Assembly: GCF_009914755.1 (NCBI RefSeq)
Contig: NC_060936.1
Origin: the human T2T-CHM13v2.0 reference genome, Homo sapiens
Length of the DNA stretch: 64,000 nt
Direction: 5' to 3' (one strand)
The notes under the pieces were generated by a model, which was not told the DNA's origin, ran no database searches, and saw nothing but the letters and a program-made list of their open reading frames with translations. Shown here one piece after another: positions 1 through 64,000 of this stretch (positions within the stretch are counted from its first letter, which is position 1; the number at the start of each line of letters is the position of its first letter). The translations under genes were made by a program, and so were the position numbers.

Positions 1-9
1 ATAGTTACA

Positions 10-4527
<4,518 letters not shown>

Positions 4528-5179
4528 GGATCAGAGGGTTTTTGTGAGTGTCCTAACTCACAGAGCTCTGGGTGGCGAAGTGGTGCTGGAATCTCAGTCT
4601 TCTGATTCCTTATTTCTCTTTCTCCAACAAGAAACTAACTCAGTAGACTCCAACATTCCTTTTTCTATCACTATGGGCCATGAACTCTTTCTTATTGCTT
4701 TTTCCTTCCACAGATTCATGAAATATTAATGATATTATCAATAGCTAATTAGACCTTGACCTTAATTACAACAAGGAGCAAAAAATAAATATTGGCAAAT
4801 TCTTAGCTTGTACAATTTTATCAAATTAAAGGAACAATTTTCATTCAGAATTTTCTAATAAAAAATAATGGTAACAACCTCTATTTCTTGTATTCTTATT
4901 TATATGGCAGATACAAGAGAGGGCCCATGTTAATAGTCTGAAGACTGCCATTATTCCTATGAGGATCCCATACAGGGACCAGTTGAAAGAACCTTCATTA
5001 CAAGCTGGGGTTACCTCTTCAAGAACCTTGAATTTGTGTGGCAGACACTCTGTGTTTCTGTAGTCATAACATTTGGAGCAGTTGTGGGGCTGGGAACTTA
5101 GAGCTTTGCTTTCTCTTTCAATGTGTAGAGAGCACAGATCCTGGAGAAGCTAGAGCCTAACCCCTCTTATGCTCCTTAG

Positions 5180-13007
<7,828 letters not shown>

Positions 13008-14319
13008 CAGTGGGTAAGAACCACATGCTGGGGGGCAGGGAGGGCTGCACTGGCAGACAGCAGCTCAGCCCGGCCTGAAGTCAGACAGGTTCTCATGTTT
13101 GTCTTGTCTCCTCTCTGGCTTGTGCCTTCTTTAGGATTCCCCTCCCCATCTTTACTGAATAGAAATGAATTCTTGGAGATACTCATGCTCCCAGATTCCA
13201 GAGGGTTAACCAGGAATGGAGACCATCCGTCGGCCCTGCTAAGGACTAACACTTAGCCATCGTTTTTCACAGGCCTGGGCCTGGAAAAAGAAATCTCTAC
13301 GTTCCTGCCCTTTACTATTGCTGATGGAGCCTGGGGGAACCATCACTTTTTTTGTGTGCTACATTCAAGGAGATCAAAAAAACTTTTCTTCTTTTGCAAA
13401 GAAAGCTTTTTGTTTTTAACTGCAACGTACTTTTCCCCTACCTTGAAGAGACATGGTGGTCGTAGCTTCTCATCTATATGAAAAAGTTTTCGATGTATTG
13501 GAATTATTTGGGAATGCTTTTAAAACAATTTGTAATTATTTCTTTACAAACCAAAACAGAACAGAAAGGTGTGGTGCTGGAACATCGATGAAGGAGCCCT
13601 ACTTACTGAGCTTAGTTATGGACTTTTTTGATGCATGTGTGTATGTGTTTTAAAAAGTATGCAGGCTCTAAAAATGTTATTTTGTAAAGCTCTCAGCTCA
13701 TGCACCCCATCTCCTCTTCACCCATATTATGCCTTCTTTCTCTTGTCCAGATTCTTCTTTTTCTCTTTTCTAAACAGCTGAGCCTGCCTACTTTGCCCTT
13801 TTACAGCTTTTAATTTTATGGATTTTTAAAAATGAAATTTCATGTGGAATTTGGGGTTGGGGGGCAGGCTGGGCAAGGAACAAGGCAGAACACTAAGTAG
13901 GCCATGGAAGTGGCTGTTCTTTCCCCCACCCTGCCACACCCTGGGAGAAAAAACTAGACTTTGGCTTCAGAAAGCACAGATGTGACCCAGGCTTACTAAA
14001 GAGACAACTCCACAGCCCTGGGAACACACCCTTGAGCCAAACTTGGTTGAAGACTAGGTCTTCCCTGGCAAGTTCCGGAAGAATGGACTTACTGACTTTT
14101 ATCAACTCTTCTCACTGCCAAGGCCAACAGCATCTGAGGTATAGCTTTTTGGGAGTACCTGCTTTCTTGCCTCCTGGAGGATATTTTCTGTCCTGGGCTT
14201 CATGGCCCCTCTCTTCCCTGTTACACATTGCTGTGCTCAGAGCCTTTGCAGCTGCGACCTAGTTGAATCCACATAGGCTCCTTCCACACGGTGGAAGATC
14301 TGCTGCTTCACTCACAGAC

Positions 14320-14530
14320 CAGGAGTTCTCAATCAGAGGTGGTTTTGTCCCTCAGGCCTTTGGCAACATCTAGAGACAGTTTTGATTGCCACGCCTGGAG
14401 GTGGGATGTGTGTGCTACTGGCATCTAGTGGCTGCTAAACATCCTACACTGCATAGGATAGTCCCCACTACCCCCAGCCAAGAATTATCTGACTCCAGGG
14501 GTCAATATTGCCAAGACTGGGAAACACTGA
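14320..14530. mobile_element. MER20 (hAT) in RBMS2 3'UTR
   Basis: TTCTCAATC...TTTGGCAACATCTAGAGACA...TGCTACTGGCATCTAGTGG...GCTAAACATCCTAC...AGAATTATCTG. Confidence 0.75.
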
Positions 14531-16427
14531 TATAGACAGTGTTGTCCCTGCCTCCTGGGTTAGGGTAAATTTTCACCCCAACCCTGGACAAACAGTGCCT
14601 TTTGACACTCATGCAACTGTTGGGGAAGGACTGGACTGGGATCCTTGAATTCTCCCCAGACTTTGACTTTTGATAACTCTGCATATAGCAAGAGTGATTC
14701 TTGAAAGAGCTGTGGCTCCATGCTGAATGCACACATGTACTCAGAGGGATTCAGGTGGGCATTGTTCTGGTGTGTGCTGTGCAATGGTGGGAAAGGACAA
14801 AGCTCTCTAAACTGTCTAGAGCAACCTGCCCTGCCCCGGTGTGCTTGGACCCTTTGCCCAGGGAACCAGGACATCAGAAATAATGTTCCTTCTGTGGAAG
14901 GACAACGGGGAGCTAGGGTAGCAAAGAGCAATAAATTCCAACTCTTTATGAGGTCAGGAGTCCTTTAAAAAAGCCTATGTCTTGGTCTTTAACTGTCCCC
15001 TTCTGCAAGATGTGACTCTATACACATGGAGACAGATTGAAGAAAGACTTCACCCATCTTCTAGGAAATAAAATCCTGCTCTTGTCTTCTCCCAGTCACT
15101 CCCTTATGCACTGAAAGGAGAATTTGACTCCCTTGCACTTCAAGGCCAGGTGCCTCTCCACTAGACAGTCAGACAAAGGCAAATAATGGAGGATAGAGAG
15201 ACAGGTGTTCATTAGGCTGGCCATAGGGAGAGGAAGGGGGTGACAGCAGGGGAAAAGAAACTGTAGTATCAGTTGTCACAAGTAGAGCTCGGCCCAGCTT
15301 TCCCTCCCTTCCCAGCCACCCTAGAATTGAGAGTCCCAGTGCCCCTAGTGTCGACTTTCTATGTACATCCTAGGGGTGAGGGAGTGCGGGGCAATGGGTA
15401 GGATATAAAGCGTAAAGGACAAATTGCCGCAGTCTTCTAATTGATGCTTCCAAACTCAGGAAGGGCTTATCCAGTGTAAAATAGCCCCAAGCCCAGCAAC
15501 CTTCTAGAGGGCTCTGGCTGGGCAGATAGCTTTTGTTTTTGAGTCTCCAGCCCTCAGTCAAGGAAAATATACCATAGCTGCTTTCTTGTCAGTGGCCTTT
15601 GAGAGAAAGAGAAAACAAATCTAGAATTCTGTTCATCTGATAGACCGGGGGAGCTTTGCTATGGTAGGAGGTTTAGGAAGGGCCTTTCACGCATAGAAAC
15701 CATTGTTGATATTGCCACTCCCCTCTCCTCTGCCTCACAGAACTCCTGATTCTGTCTTCTTTCTCTCTCTCTATATATATTTTAAAATGTTTAAATGGCT
15801 CTAATTTTTTGTTTTGAATTTTGAATTTACCTTTTGGAGTTCTTCTCATGTGAATCTACTTGTTAGATTGTATTAATGAGTGTTTCTGGTTTGGGCATGG
15901 GAAGTGATGGGGGCCTGAAGTTATTTTGCAGTGGCTAATGGCACTGAGGAATTTCTTTTTTGGTGCATTTGGTTTACACTCATTTCCTCTCCTAATTGTT
16001 AGTTCATTTGTAACAGTGGGTGAGTGTTTGGAGGAAAGGAGGGAGAAGAAAGGAGGGATACTGTTTCTCCCATGAAATAGTCTAATTGGTTGGGTTGATG
16101 GCAGAAGGAAACATAGGGGAGCCTTCCAGCTCACAGCCAAGGGTTGGGCTCTTAAACACTATGCCTAGTGTTTTCTGAATGCTGTCTTCATGGAGCCCAG
16201 CTCTTACTCTCTTTGTACTTTACATCTCACCCCCACTCATTACAGATGCTCATAACATTCTTAAAATATTTTAGTACTTGGCATTTTTCTGTTTTCAGTC
16301 AGCTAGAACACACTAGAGTCCTTTCCTCAGATGGCATAATCCTTTATAGGCTCTGAGCCTGCCTAGCCATCTCCTATCGGTGTTATTACTCCTCATCTCA
16401 GGCTCTGAGATGATACTCAGACCCTAA

Positions 16428-17926
<1,499 letters not shown>

Positions 17927-19576
17927 TAACAGATAAGGAGTGGTAAGAGGACATTACTCATATTGAAGATGAAGACCAGACTTTGCTGCTTCACAGGCCA
18001 TGCGCTGGGTTGGGCCACTTCAGCTCCACTCCATTCGTTTTCCTTTCCTAACTTGACAATCAGCTCACTCACCCTCCCTTAGTGCCTCCAGTGCCTACTC
18101 CTGTCACTCCAATGTCAACCCATTGGGAGTTGAGGCCTGTCACTCCAATGTCAACCCGTGGGCTGTTACTTTGCGTCATATGATGCTGTGAGAGGCCTTG
18201 CTGGAATGTCCTAGGAATCCCTAGTAGCAGTGGCTATTAGTCTTCTAGAAAAGAACTATTGCTGCTGCCTTGTGCACATGCCCCACCTTCTGGGCAAGTG
18301 GCAGCATTGCGCTCATGAGGGGCTTTGCATTCTTAGCCAAGGGCAATAAACTGGGTGGGTGATCTGGCCCAAACTTGCCCCTAGGCTCTGCTAGCCCTGA
18401 ATCAGCAGGCTTCAGAGACGAGGGTGGGTGTTATAAAAGCCAGTCTGTAAAGGGTAAATTCCAAATCTTGTGCCTTGTTATACCAATCCTTCCTGATTCC
18501 CGTTTAAACCAACTACTCTATTTCTGTGCTGCCTACATTTTCAATCCTCCCACGCATTAGCAAATTCCTGAAATTTCCTCATTTGGTAGGCCTTCCATAG
18601 GAGTCAGCTATGGACTTCCATAGGAGTTGGCAGCTAAAACCAGACTGTGAGCTTCTGTCTCCGTTCTGATTTTTGCTGCACCTCCCAGGGGACAGTCCCC
18701 ACATGATTACAAAAGCCAGGTGCCCTCATCACCCGTTACCCCTGACCTGTCCACTTGTTTTGAATAAACCTTCATTCTCCAAGCAGATCCCCAAACTTCC
18801 TTGTCCTTGTTACACGTCTACCTCACAACCTCACAATTCAACAACAGGTAAATACCTGGATTCACTGATTTCTTTACTGTCCTTCTCTGAGGGTTGGGAA
18901 GGTGGGGGCTAGAAAAGGCTCATAATTTTTAAACTCTTGGGAATTAAACTTGGGAATTTCTATTCCTACAGTGTTTTCTCTGGGATTTTTAGCTCACTGA
19001 TCGCCCTAGAATAGTGTGAACTCTCCAGATAGGTCCTGCTGTGATAGGCCAGGGGAGTAGGCTGTGCAGTGACGGCTTAGGGTAATAAGTAATGGTTGGA
19101 GGACACCAGCATAGGAGCAGAGTTTAGAACTTAAGAGGACAAGAAAGCTGCTCAGTGGCTGGCGTATAGCTGTGAAGGTAACCAAACACCAAAGAGGGAG
19201 TCTGTCATTTTTATAAGGCTGGAAGCGAATGTTCCTTTTCTACCTTAACATACAGTTTAGGGGGTTGCACCAAGACAAAGTTTCCAGGCTGGAGGGTAAT
19301 ACATATCCAGCGCGAGTGAAGTCCCCACTCCAACATATACCCTTTTTGGGTGGGTAAACACCTCTTTGCATGTGGACAGAAAATGTTTATACTTAAACAG
19401 ACATATTTTGCATATTTTTATCTGGAGACTTCTTCTAGTTTTATACTCTTCCCACATCTATGCCAATGCCACCATTCTAAAACTTACACTCCTTTTCTAC
19501 CCCTGGTCTTTTCCTTGTCCTTCCCTACAACTTGGTAGAGGTCCATTTTGTCTTACTTCACACTTTTTTTTTTTTA

Positions 19577-19582
19577 AATAAA
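19577..19582 (+). terminator. Candidate RBMS2 poly(A) signal AATAAA
   Basis: AATAAA preceded by a U-tract and followed by GU-rich gtcttggtgtctt. Confidence 0.55.
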
Positions 19583-19944
19583 ACACAAAAGTCTACGTCT
19601 TGGTGTCTTATCCGTGAGTGGGAAGTGGTAAGCTGGTGATGGTCCCATATTTGCTATGACAGGAACACAGAGGTGGCAGCTTAGGAAGCTGGGGCCACAT
19701 CTCACAAGGCAGGACCTGGATGCACTGAATCCCCCTTTGCTCCAGCAACTCAGCCAGACATTTAGGCAGGAGCACTAATGACCCTTTCCATCCACACAGA
19801 GGGTATGGAACAGGAGCCCCTGTTGTTCCCTTGCCTGTGGTCTCTTAAGCCAGTCATACCTATCCCAACGCCGTCTCCCCCTCAGGTGTGTAGAAGGGAA
19901 GATGAATACACAGAGTCTTTTGAATCTCTATCAAATGTGGTTTT

Positions 19945-19950
19945 TTTATT
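19945..19950 (-). terminator. Candidate distal BAZ2A poly(A) signal AATAAA
   Basis: TTTATT on the plus strand at the far end of the BAZ2A 3'UTR. Confidence 0.55.
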
Positions 19951-20084
19951 CAACAACTGACAAGCACTTTTCTACAGCTGCACTTGTGGAACATCACATG
20001 GCAAAAACAGGAGTTTTTTCGCTAGACTTTTTTTTTCTTTTTAACCTTATTAAAAATGAGATTGGTCCTAAAAATATAGAAAGA

Positions 20085-20090
20085 AATAAA
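20085..20090 (+). terminator. Candidate distal RBMS2 poly(A) signal AATAAA (ATTAAA also at 20049)
   Basis: Hexamer in A/U-rich context; GU-rich tract at ~20189-20217. Confidence 0.5.
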
Positions 20091-20269
20091 TTTAAATTCA
20101 CAAAAAACTGTACATTATCAAAAAGTCACTAAAACACCACATTTGGTTATATAAAAAGTCCCTTTTGCTGTAAAAGGAACACAGAAACTTGTTGGTGTTG
20201 ATGGTGTGGTTTCTTCCTGTCAACCAGACTGATGGGAGGGAAGCAAAAGGGCAGGGGGTGGGTTGTCTT

Positions 20270-20275
20270 TTTATT
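20270..20275 (-). terminator. Candidate proximal BAZ2A poly(A) signal AATAAA
   Basis: TTTATT on the plus strand. Confidence 0.45.
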
Positions 20276-20526
20276 TTAAACCTGCTTTCCCTACCAAATA
20301 CTCTTGTCATGAAGAGAAAATCCACCTAGCTCAAGGGGGCAGTGAAGATGAGGAAAGAAAAGCAAGAAATGGCCCCTTTGATCATGCCCTATCCCTACCA
20401 CCCCCAACCCCGCTCCAGCCCCCACTTCTTCAAACTGAGGCTAGGACCCCACCCCGCCATATGAGTGCCTGGTCCCTAGGGAAAGAGATGGAGCTGGGAG
20501 AGGAACACAAAGCAGGAACCATGGAG

Positions 20527-20576
20527 ATTTCACTCCCCCATCCACCTCACAATTTCACTCCCCCATCCACCTCACA
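20527..20576. repeat. Perfect 25-bp tandem duplication in BAZ2A 3'UTR
   Basis: ATTTCACTCCCCCATCCACCTCACA x2. Confidence 0.92.
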
Positions 20577-21552
20577 ATGAAATTAATCTAGCACATCTTA
20601 TACCAGGGGAAAATTGCCAGGGGGAAAAAGCAGAGCCCCCAACTCTAACAGTTTCAACTGTCTAACACAAAGTTTGTTACAGCGCAGTTATTTAGATAAA
20701 ATATAAATATTTATGCATAATATAAAGTCAATTCAAATATTCTTCAATCCACCTCTTAAAAGCAAAAAAAAATCTCAAATAAAATTAAAAGTTTTGAGGT
20801 TTATCTGACAGAAAAGGCGACTTTAGAAATAGGCTATGAGGGAGAAGGGGCATAAAGGAATAAAGGGGCTGCCCCAGGACCTACACTGCCCCTACCCCCT
20901 TCAGTGGCTCTTCAGTGCTGCCAGAATACAAGGAATGCTCCACCTCACCTGGCACCCCCACCCCCCAATGGAACATTTCTTGGATGCCTCAGCTCTCTGC
21001 TTGGGCCAGCCAGCAGCCACCTCCCCAGTGCAAGTACCCGTAATCTCTGAAGGGAGGGGCTCTGCTGAGCAGGAAAAGCAGGGGGCCAAGTGCCCATGGC
21101 TATAGCTGGGAGTCAGCAGCTTTCCTCTCGTGTTGGGGGCTTAACTTGGACATAGTCACATGTAGGGCAGTGATGGACCCAGAACCCCTCCTCCCTACTC
21201 TCCTGTGCTCCAGGGTCTCTGCTGCTGGGGAAGGGGTCCTGGGGTATGAAGTAAATGAAGAAAAGCACAACTAAATGGGATTAGGAAATGATCCAGTTCT
21301 ACCACTCTCCCGTAGAAGCTTAAGATTCAAAGCTACCGAGAAGAGAGGGAGTTCCTGCTGAAAGATTGCACAGTCTGAAGAGGCTGGAACAAAAATGACC
21401 AGGAGAGAGACACAGCCTTGTCTCCAGAGAAATTGTTCCTGTGGTTTCCCAAAGACAAAAAAGTGATGGTTTTAAACAATGGGAAAAATGGGAATGAAAA
21501 CAGGTACTTGGGGAAACTGAATGGATCCTATCAAACAATACAGGGTCACAAG

Positions 21553-21556
<4 letters not shown>

Positions 21557-21584
<28 letters not shown>

Positions 21585-21687
21585 GCGCGCGCTCTGAGGC
21601 TGACACACACACACACACACACACACAGCGCGCTCTGAGGCCGACACACACACACACACACACACACACAGCGCTCTCTCTGAGGCC
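21557..21687. repeat. Compound repeat [(CA)12-14 + GCGC..CTCTGAGGC] x3 in BAZ2A 3'UTR
   Basis: CA runs at 21557-21584, 21604-21627 and 21645-21670, each followed by GCGC(GC)TCT..GAGGC. Confidence 0.95.
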
Positions 21688-22613
21688 AGCCCCATTGCTA
21701 CCTGGCCTCCATCTTAGGGTGCACCCAAACTCAGCAGTAGTTGTCCCTGAGGAGTTCCCAAGAGGGTTTGGGAAGGAGGTGGGGAAGGAGGCTGGAAGGC
21801 CCAGGAAGCCTCCCTGCCCTCTCCCCAGCTACTGAGTTTCAGAAAAGGCTGGAAACTCAGCATGTGAGGAGCATCCAACATCATACAGGGGATAGCTATC
21901 GGCAGGAAGATGGGGACAGAAGACAGGGACCTCTGAACATTTTTTTTTCCTTTGAAGGGAAAAGATTTGGGAGAAGAGAAAAGGAGGGAGGAACCCGTAC
22001 ACGATAGTTTTACATTATTGGATGAGAGAAAATCTGAAAACTGGGGGGTGGGAGGTGGGAAAAGAAAGACAGCGAGAAGCAGGGAAGGGACTGAACATGG
22101 AAGCAGCATGTCCAGGGCCCGGTGTCCGGCGCGACACACTTGGGAGTTAAGTCCACTTTACTGGCCGTCACTGCGGGTCCGCACACAGTACAGAGTGTTT
22201 CTTGGTTTCACACATTCACTAGAACTATTGCTATTGTTAAATAACCCCAGAATGCTGGGGCACGTACAGGGGAGGAGAGGAAGCAGGGAGGAGGAAGTAG
22301 GGACGACTTTCCCCCTCCCCATTTTTAATTAGCAAATAAAACAGAAAAGAAAAATTATTTTTTTCTTTCTTTTTTTGGCTTTTAGTCCAGAAGGACCTCA
22401 TCTCTGCACCTCTTACTTGAGGAGCAAGAGGAGGGAAGGGAGAAAGGGATGTAGGAATAAGAGGATGTGGGGCACTGCCAAGGGCAAGGTCAAAAATCAG
22501 GGTTGTATCTGACTTGAGTCTGGACCCAGGGCAGCATCAGCAGGTGAAAATGGCAGGTTTTTGTTTGGAAGGTGGGGGGAGATGCCACAAGGTGACTCCC
22601 CACCTCCCTTGCC

Positions 22614-60178
<37,565 letters not shown>

Positions 60179-60182
<4 letters not shown>

Positions 60183-60380
60183 GTCAGGCTGGCACAGCTC
60201 CAGGCTGGGACCACCCAGCTCCTCACTGTCCTTGGGCCCCCACTTCACGTAAAGGTTGGTGTTGGATCCTCCCAAACTGTGAGCTGGGAACTAGCAAGAA
60301 TCAAAAAGCCAGTGTATGCTTCCTGCGAACCACACAGCCTGAACTGCTGTAGGGTGATGTCCCTGTGTGACAGACTGGGG
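60179..60380 (-). other. BAZ2A: BAZ2A distal first exon carrying ATG G (gives MEMEAN... N-terminus; 5' end approximate)
   Basis: CCTGAC ATG G|GTGAGT, with ATG at 60182-60180; G+AA forms Glu in frame with exon 2. Confidence 0.8.
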
Positions 60381-61050
60381 TGGGGAGGGAGGAGGGAAGG
60401 GCGGGGCTTTCTCTGGGTGGAGAGAGGGAGGAGGCGAGGACAGGGCAGACCAGGAGAAATATGGAGGAAGGTTAGAGAGCTGTGTTGACACTCCAGTGGC
60501 ATGGTAGAAGAGGCCGGCAAAGGGGGAAGGAAACAAATAGTTGCAGCTACTGAGAGGGAGAAGGTTCTCGATAAACGCTGAAGGACGTGAACATGTTGGG
60601 GGAAGGGGTGGAGGGATGCAAAAGACCTTTAGGATTTCAGTTCCCAGGTCTGTATCGGGTGACGTGAGAAAACAAAGCAGAAAGGGCTGACCTGTACCCT
60701 AGGGCTTTTTCTACCAGCTTCTTACCCACTCCAGAGTCAGGACCTAGAGGAAGTGTCCACACCCCCATAACTCAGCATTTCCCCAAATCCCAGCTTTTCT
60801 GGGAGCAAACTACCAGCACAAGCAGCTCAGGGGCTCCACCTTCTGTCCAGATCATGACACAGGAGAGACTGCGGGAGAGGCTGCTGCCAAGGACGTCATA
60901 GGCAGATGGAAGGAAGCTTAGAGGCCCCTACTCCACCCCTGGCCCCGCGCCAAAAAGCCCTCCCCAACCTTCAGCCCCCAGGGGCCTCTGAATTGGAGCT
61001 CAGCTTGTCCCCGCCCAGCTTCTACCTAACTTGATGGACTCAGCGGGTGG
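60380..61050 (-). promoter_or_regulatory. BAZ2A distal promoter region
   Basis: GC boxes (GGGCGGGG-like at ~60400, CCCCGCCC at ~61009) and CRE-like GACGTCA at ~60892. Confidence 0.5.
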
Positions 61051-62188
61051 AGCTTATAGATACAGGCTCCTCCCCAGGACAAAAGCCCCAGCTGGTCTGT
61101 AAACAGTCTTTAACTGAGAGCCACATCCCAGCAAATGGCCTTCATGGATTTGAAAATGGGATCAGAGTTCTTGCAGAGTCTCCAGTGCTACCGCGAGAGG
61201 GCAGTCGGATGGGTCTGGTCCCGGAAAAGAACACAAGAGGAACCCAATCTGACCTTGCACGCTTCTTTTAAATTGAAATGGTAAAATATATCTTCTACCC
61301 CTGCACCTCTCAGTCGGCTAAAATGAAGGGAAAATAACCTAACTTCATTAGTTTAGAAGCCCAAGCCAGCAACTCTGAAAATTGCTATTCCCTTGTAAGA
61401 TTATCTTTTCTGGACTTTCATAAGGGGATCTTCACAGAGGGTGGACTAGGCCTTATGGTATTATATGCCTCTGCATAGCCTCAAGGAATCACAAGCAACT
61501 TTTATTTAGGCTTGCCCAAAATGTCAGGAAGTAGTTAAGTACACTTTCTGAAGACATGAAGGCCTAACCAAGATGTAGAGAACCCTTTTGATTCCATTTT
61601 AACAAAGATCAGTATTCTTCATCACTATTTCTTGAAAATTTAATTCATTAAACTCAGATTAACCCCTGGAAATAAGTTATTTCTAAAACGAGTTTTTCCC
61701 AATATGCCCTTCAAAAAAGTCCTATTTTTAACCAAGAAGTAGGGATGTGCCACATGGAATAGAGGCCAAAAAAAAAAAAAAATCAATTTGTATTGAACAA
61801 AAGGCCCAAAACTGAGGCCCTACTAAGATCACACTACCCACAGGAAACCCCTCACAAGAGGTACGGTTGTCCATCAACAAAAGAGAATGGCTATTTTTAA
61901 GGACCAATTTCAAACATACATGGCCCACTTCATGCTGAAACTGCTTCTTATAGCCACTCTAAAAATCTAATTGTTGAAAACAGTGCTGGTGATGTGAGAC
62001 TACATACACCTGTAGCCCCAGCTACTCAGGAGACTGAGGTGGGAGATCTCGAGCCCAGGAGTTAGAGACCAGTCTTGGCAACACAGCCAGACACCGTGTC
62101 TCTAAAACTAAAATTAAATACATAACCCTTCAGTGTTGACTATGTTGTCAGAACCAAGAGAATCAGACAAATTCTGAGGGGTGTACAT

Positions 62189-62194
62189 TTTATT
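62189..62194 (-). terminator. ATP5F1B poly(A) signal AATAAA
   Basis: TTTATT on the plus strand, 125 nt after the stop; GU/U-rich downstream element on the minus strand. Confidence 0.85.
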
Positions 62195-62319
62195 GGAAAC
62201 CTTAAATACTGTTCAGAAAGAATATATCTTCAATCAAGGCTCTTGTGCAGCCTACACAGAAAAATGAAGCTTTTTGGGTTAGGGGCAAGGAGAGAGACAG
62301 TACAGAGGACAAAGACCCC

Positions 62320-64000
<1,681 letters not shown>

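Larger units (their letters stand above)
19600..22613 (-). other. BAZ2A: BAZ2A 3'UTR (3' end approximate)
   Basis: Follows the TGA at 22616-22614; Alu-free, U-rich sequence with minus-strand poly(A) hexamers. Confidence 0.8.

Noticed and set aside
21320-21835. CV/HT-repeat ORFs and a superficially CRISPR-like repeat-spacer pattern
   Set aside because: A microsatellite translation. The 'spacers' are identical (CA)n rather than unique, and the DNA is human with no cas genes.

Overview
Human (primate) genomic DNA, Alu-dense, matching the chr12q13.3 RBMS2-BAZ2A-ATP5F1B locus. This is recognised from the translated exons. (1) Plus strand: the last nine exons of RBMS2 (RRM RNA-binding protein), with coding exons from 5180 to the stop at 13005-13007, an intron just after the stop, and a ~7 kb 3'UTR exon. 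(2) Minus strand: the complete BAZ2A/TIP5 gene (NoRC subunit; TAM/MBD, AT-hooks, DDT, PHD, bromodomain). It has 28 internal/terminal coding exons at 22614-41528 and three candidate alternative first exons near 54.1-54.3, 58.9-59.05 and 60.2-60.4 kb. (3) Minus strand: the last three exons of ATP5F1B. The window also holds a U6 retrocopy, roughly 45 Alus (including a young AluYg6-type copy), MER44/MER5/MER20/MER30/MIR/L1 fossils and simple repeats. No prokaryotic-type system (CRISPR, operon etc.) is present, and I see no wholly new gene. The most interesting signals are in RNA processing: an in-frame 90-nt exitron in BAZ2A exon 3; an Alu whose TSD duplicated a branch point and built an in-frame alternative acceptor for BAZ2A exon 17; interleaved convergent poly(A) signals of RBMS2 and BAZ2A; a three-unit higher-order (GU)12-14 repeat in the BAZ2A 3'UTR; a uORF plus a start-stop element in an alternative BAZ2A leader; and a C/D-snoRNA-like cassette in the last ATP5F1B intron. 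Exon numbers and repeat-family names come from memory and were not checked against a database.
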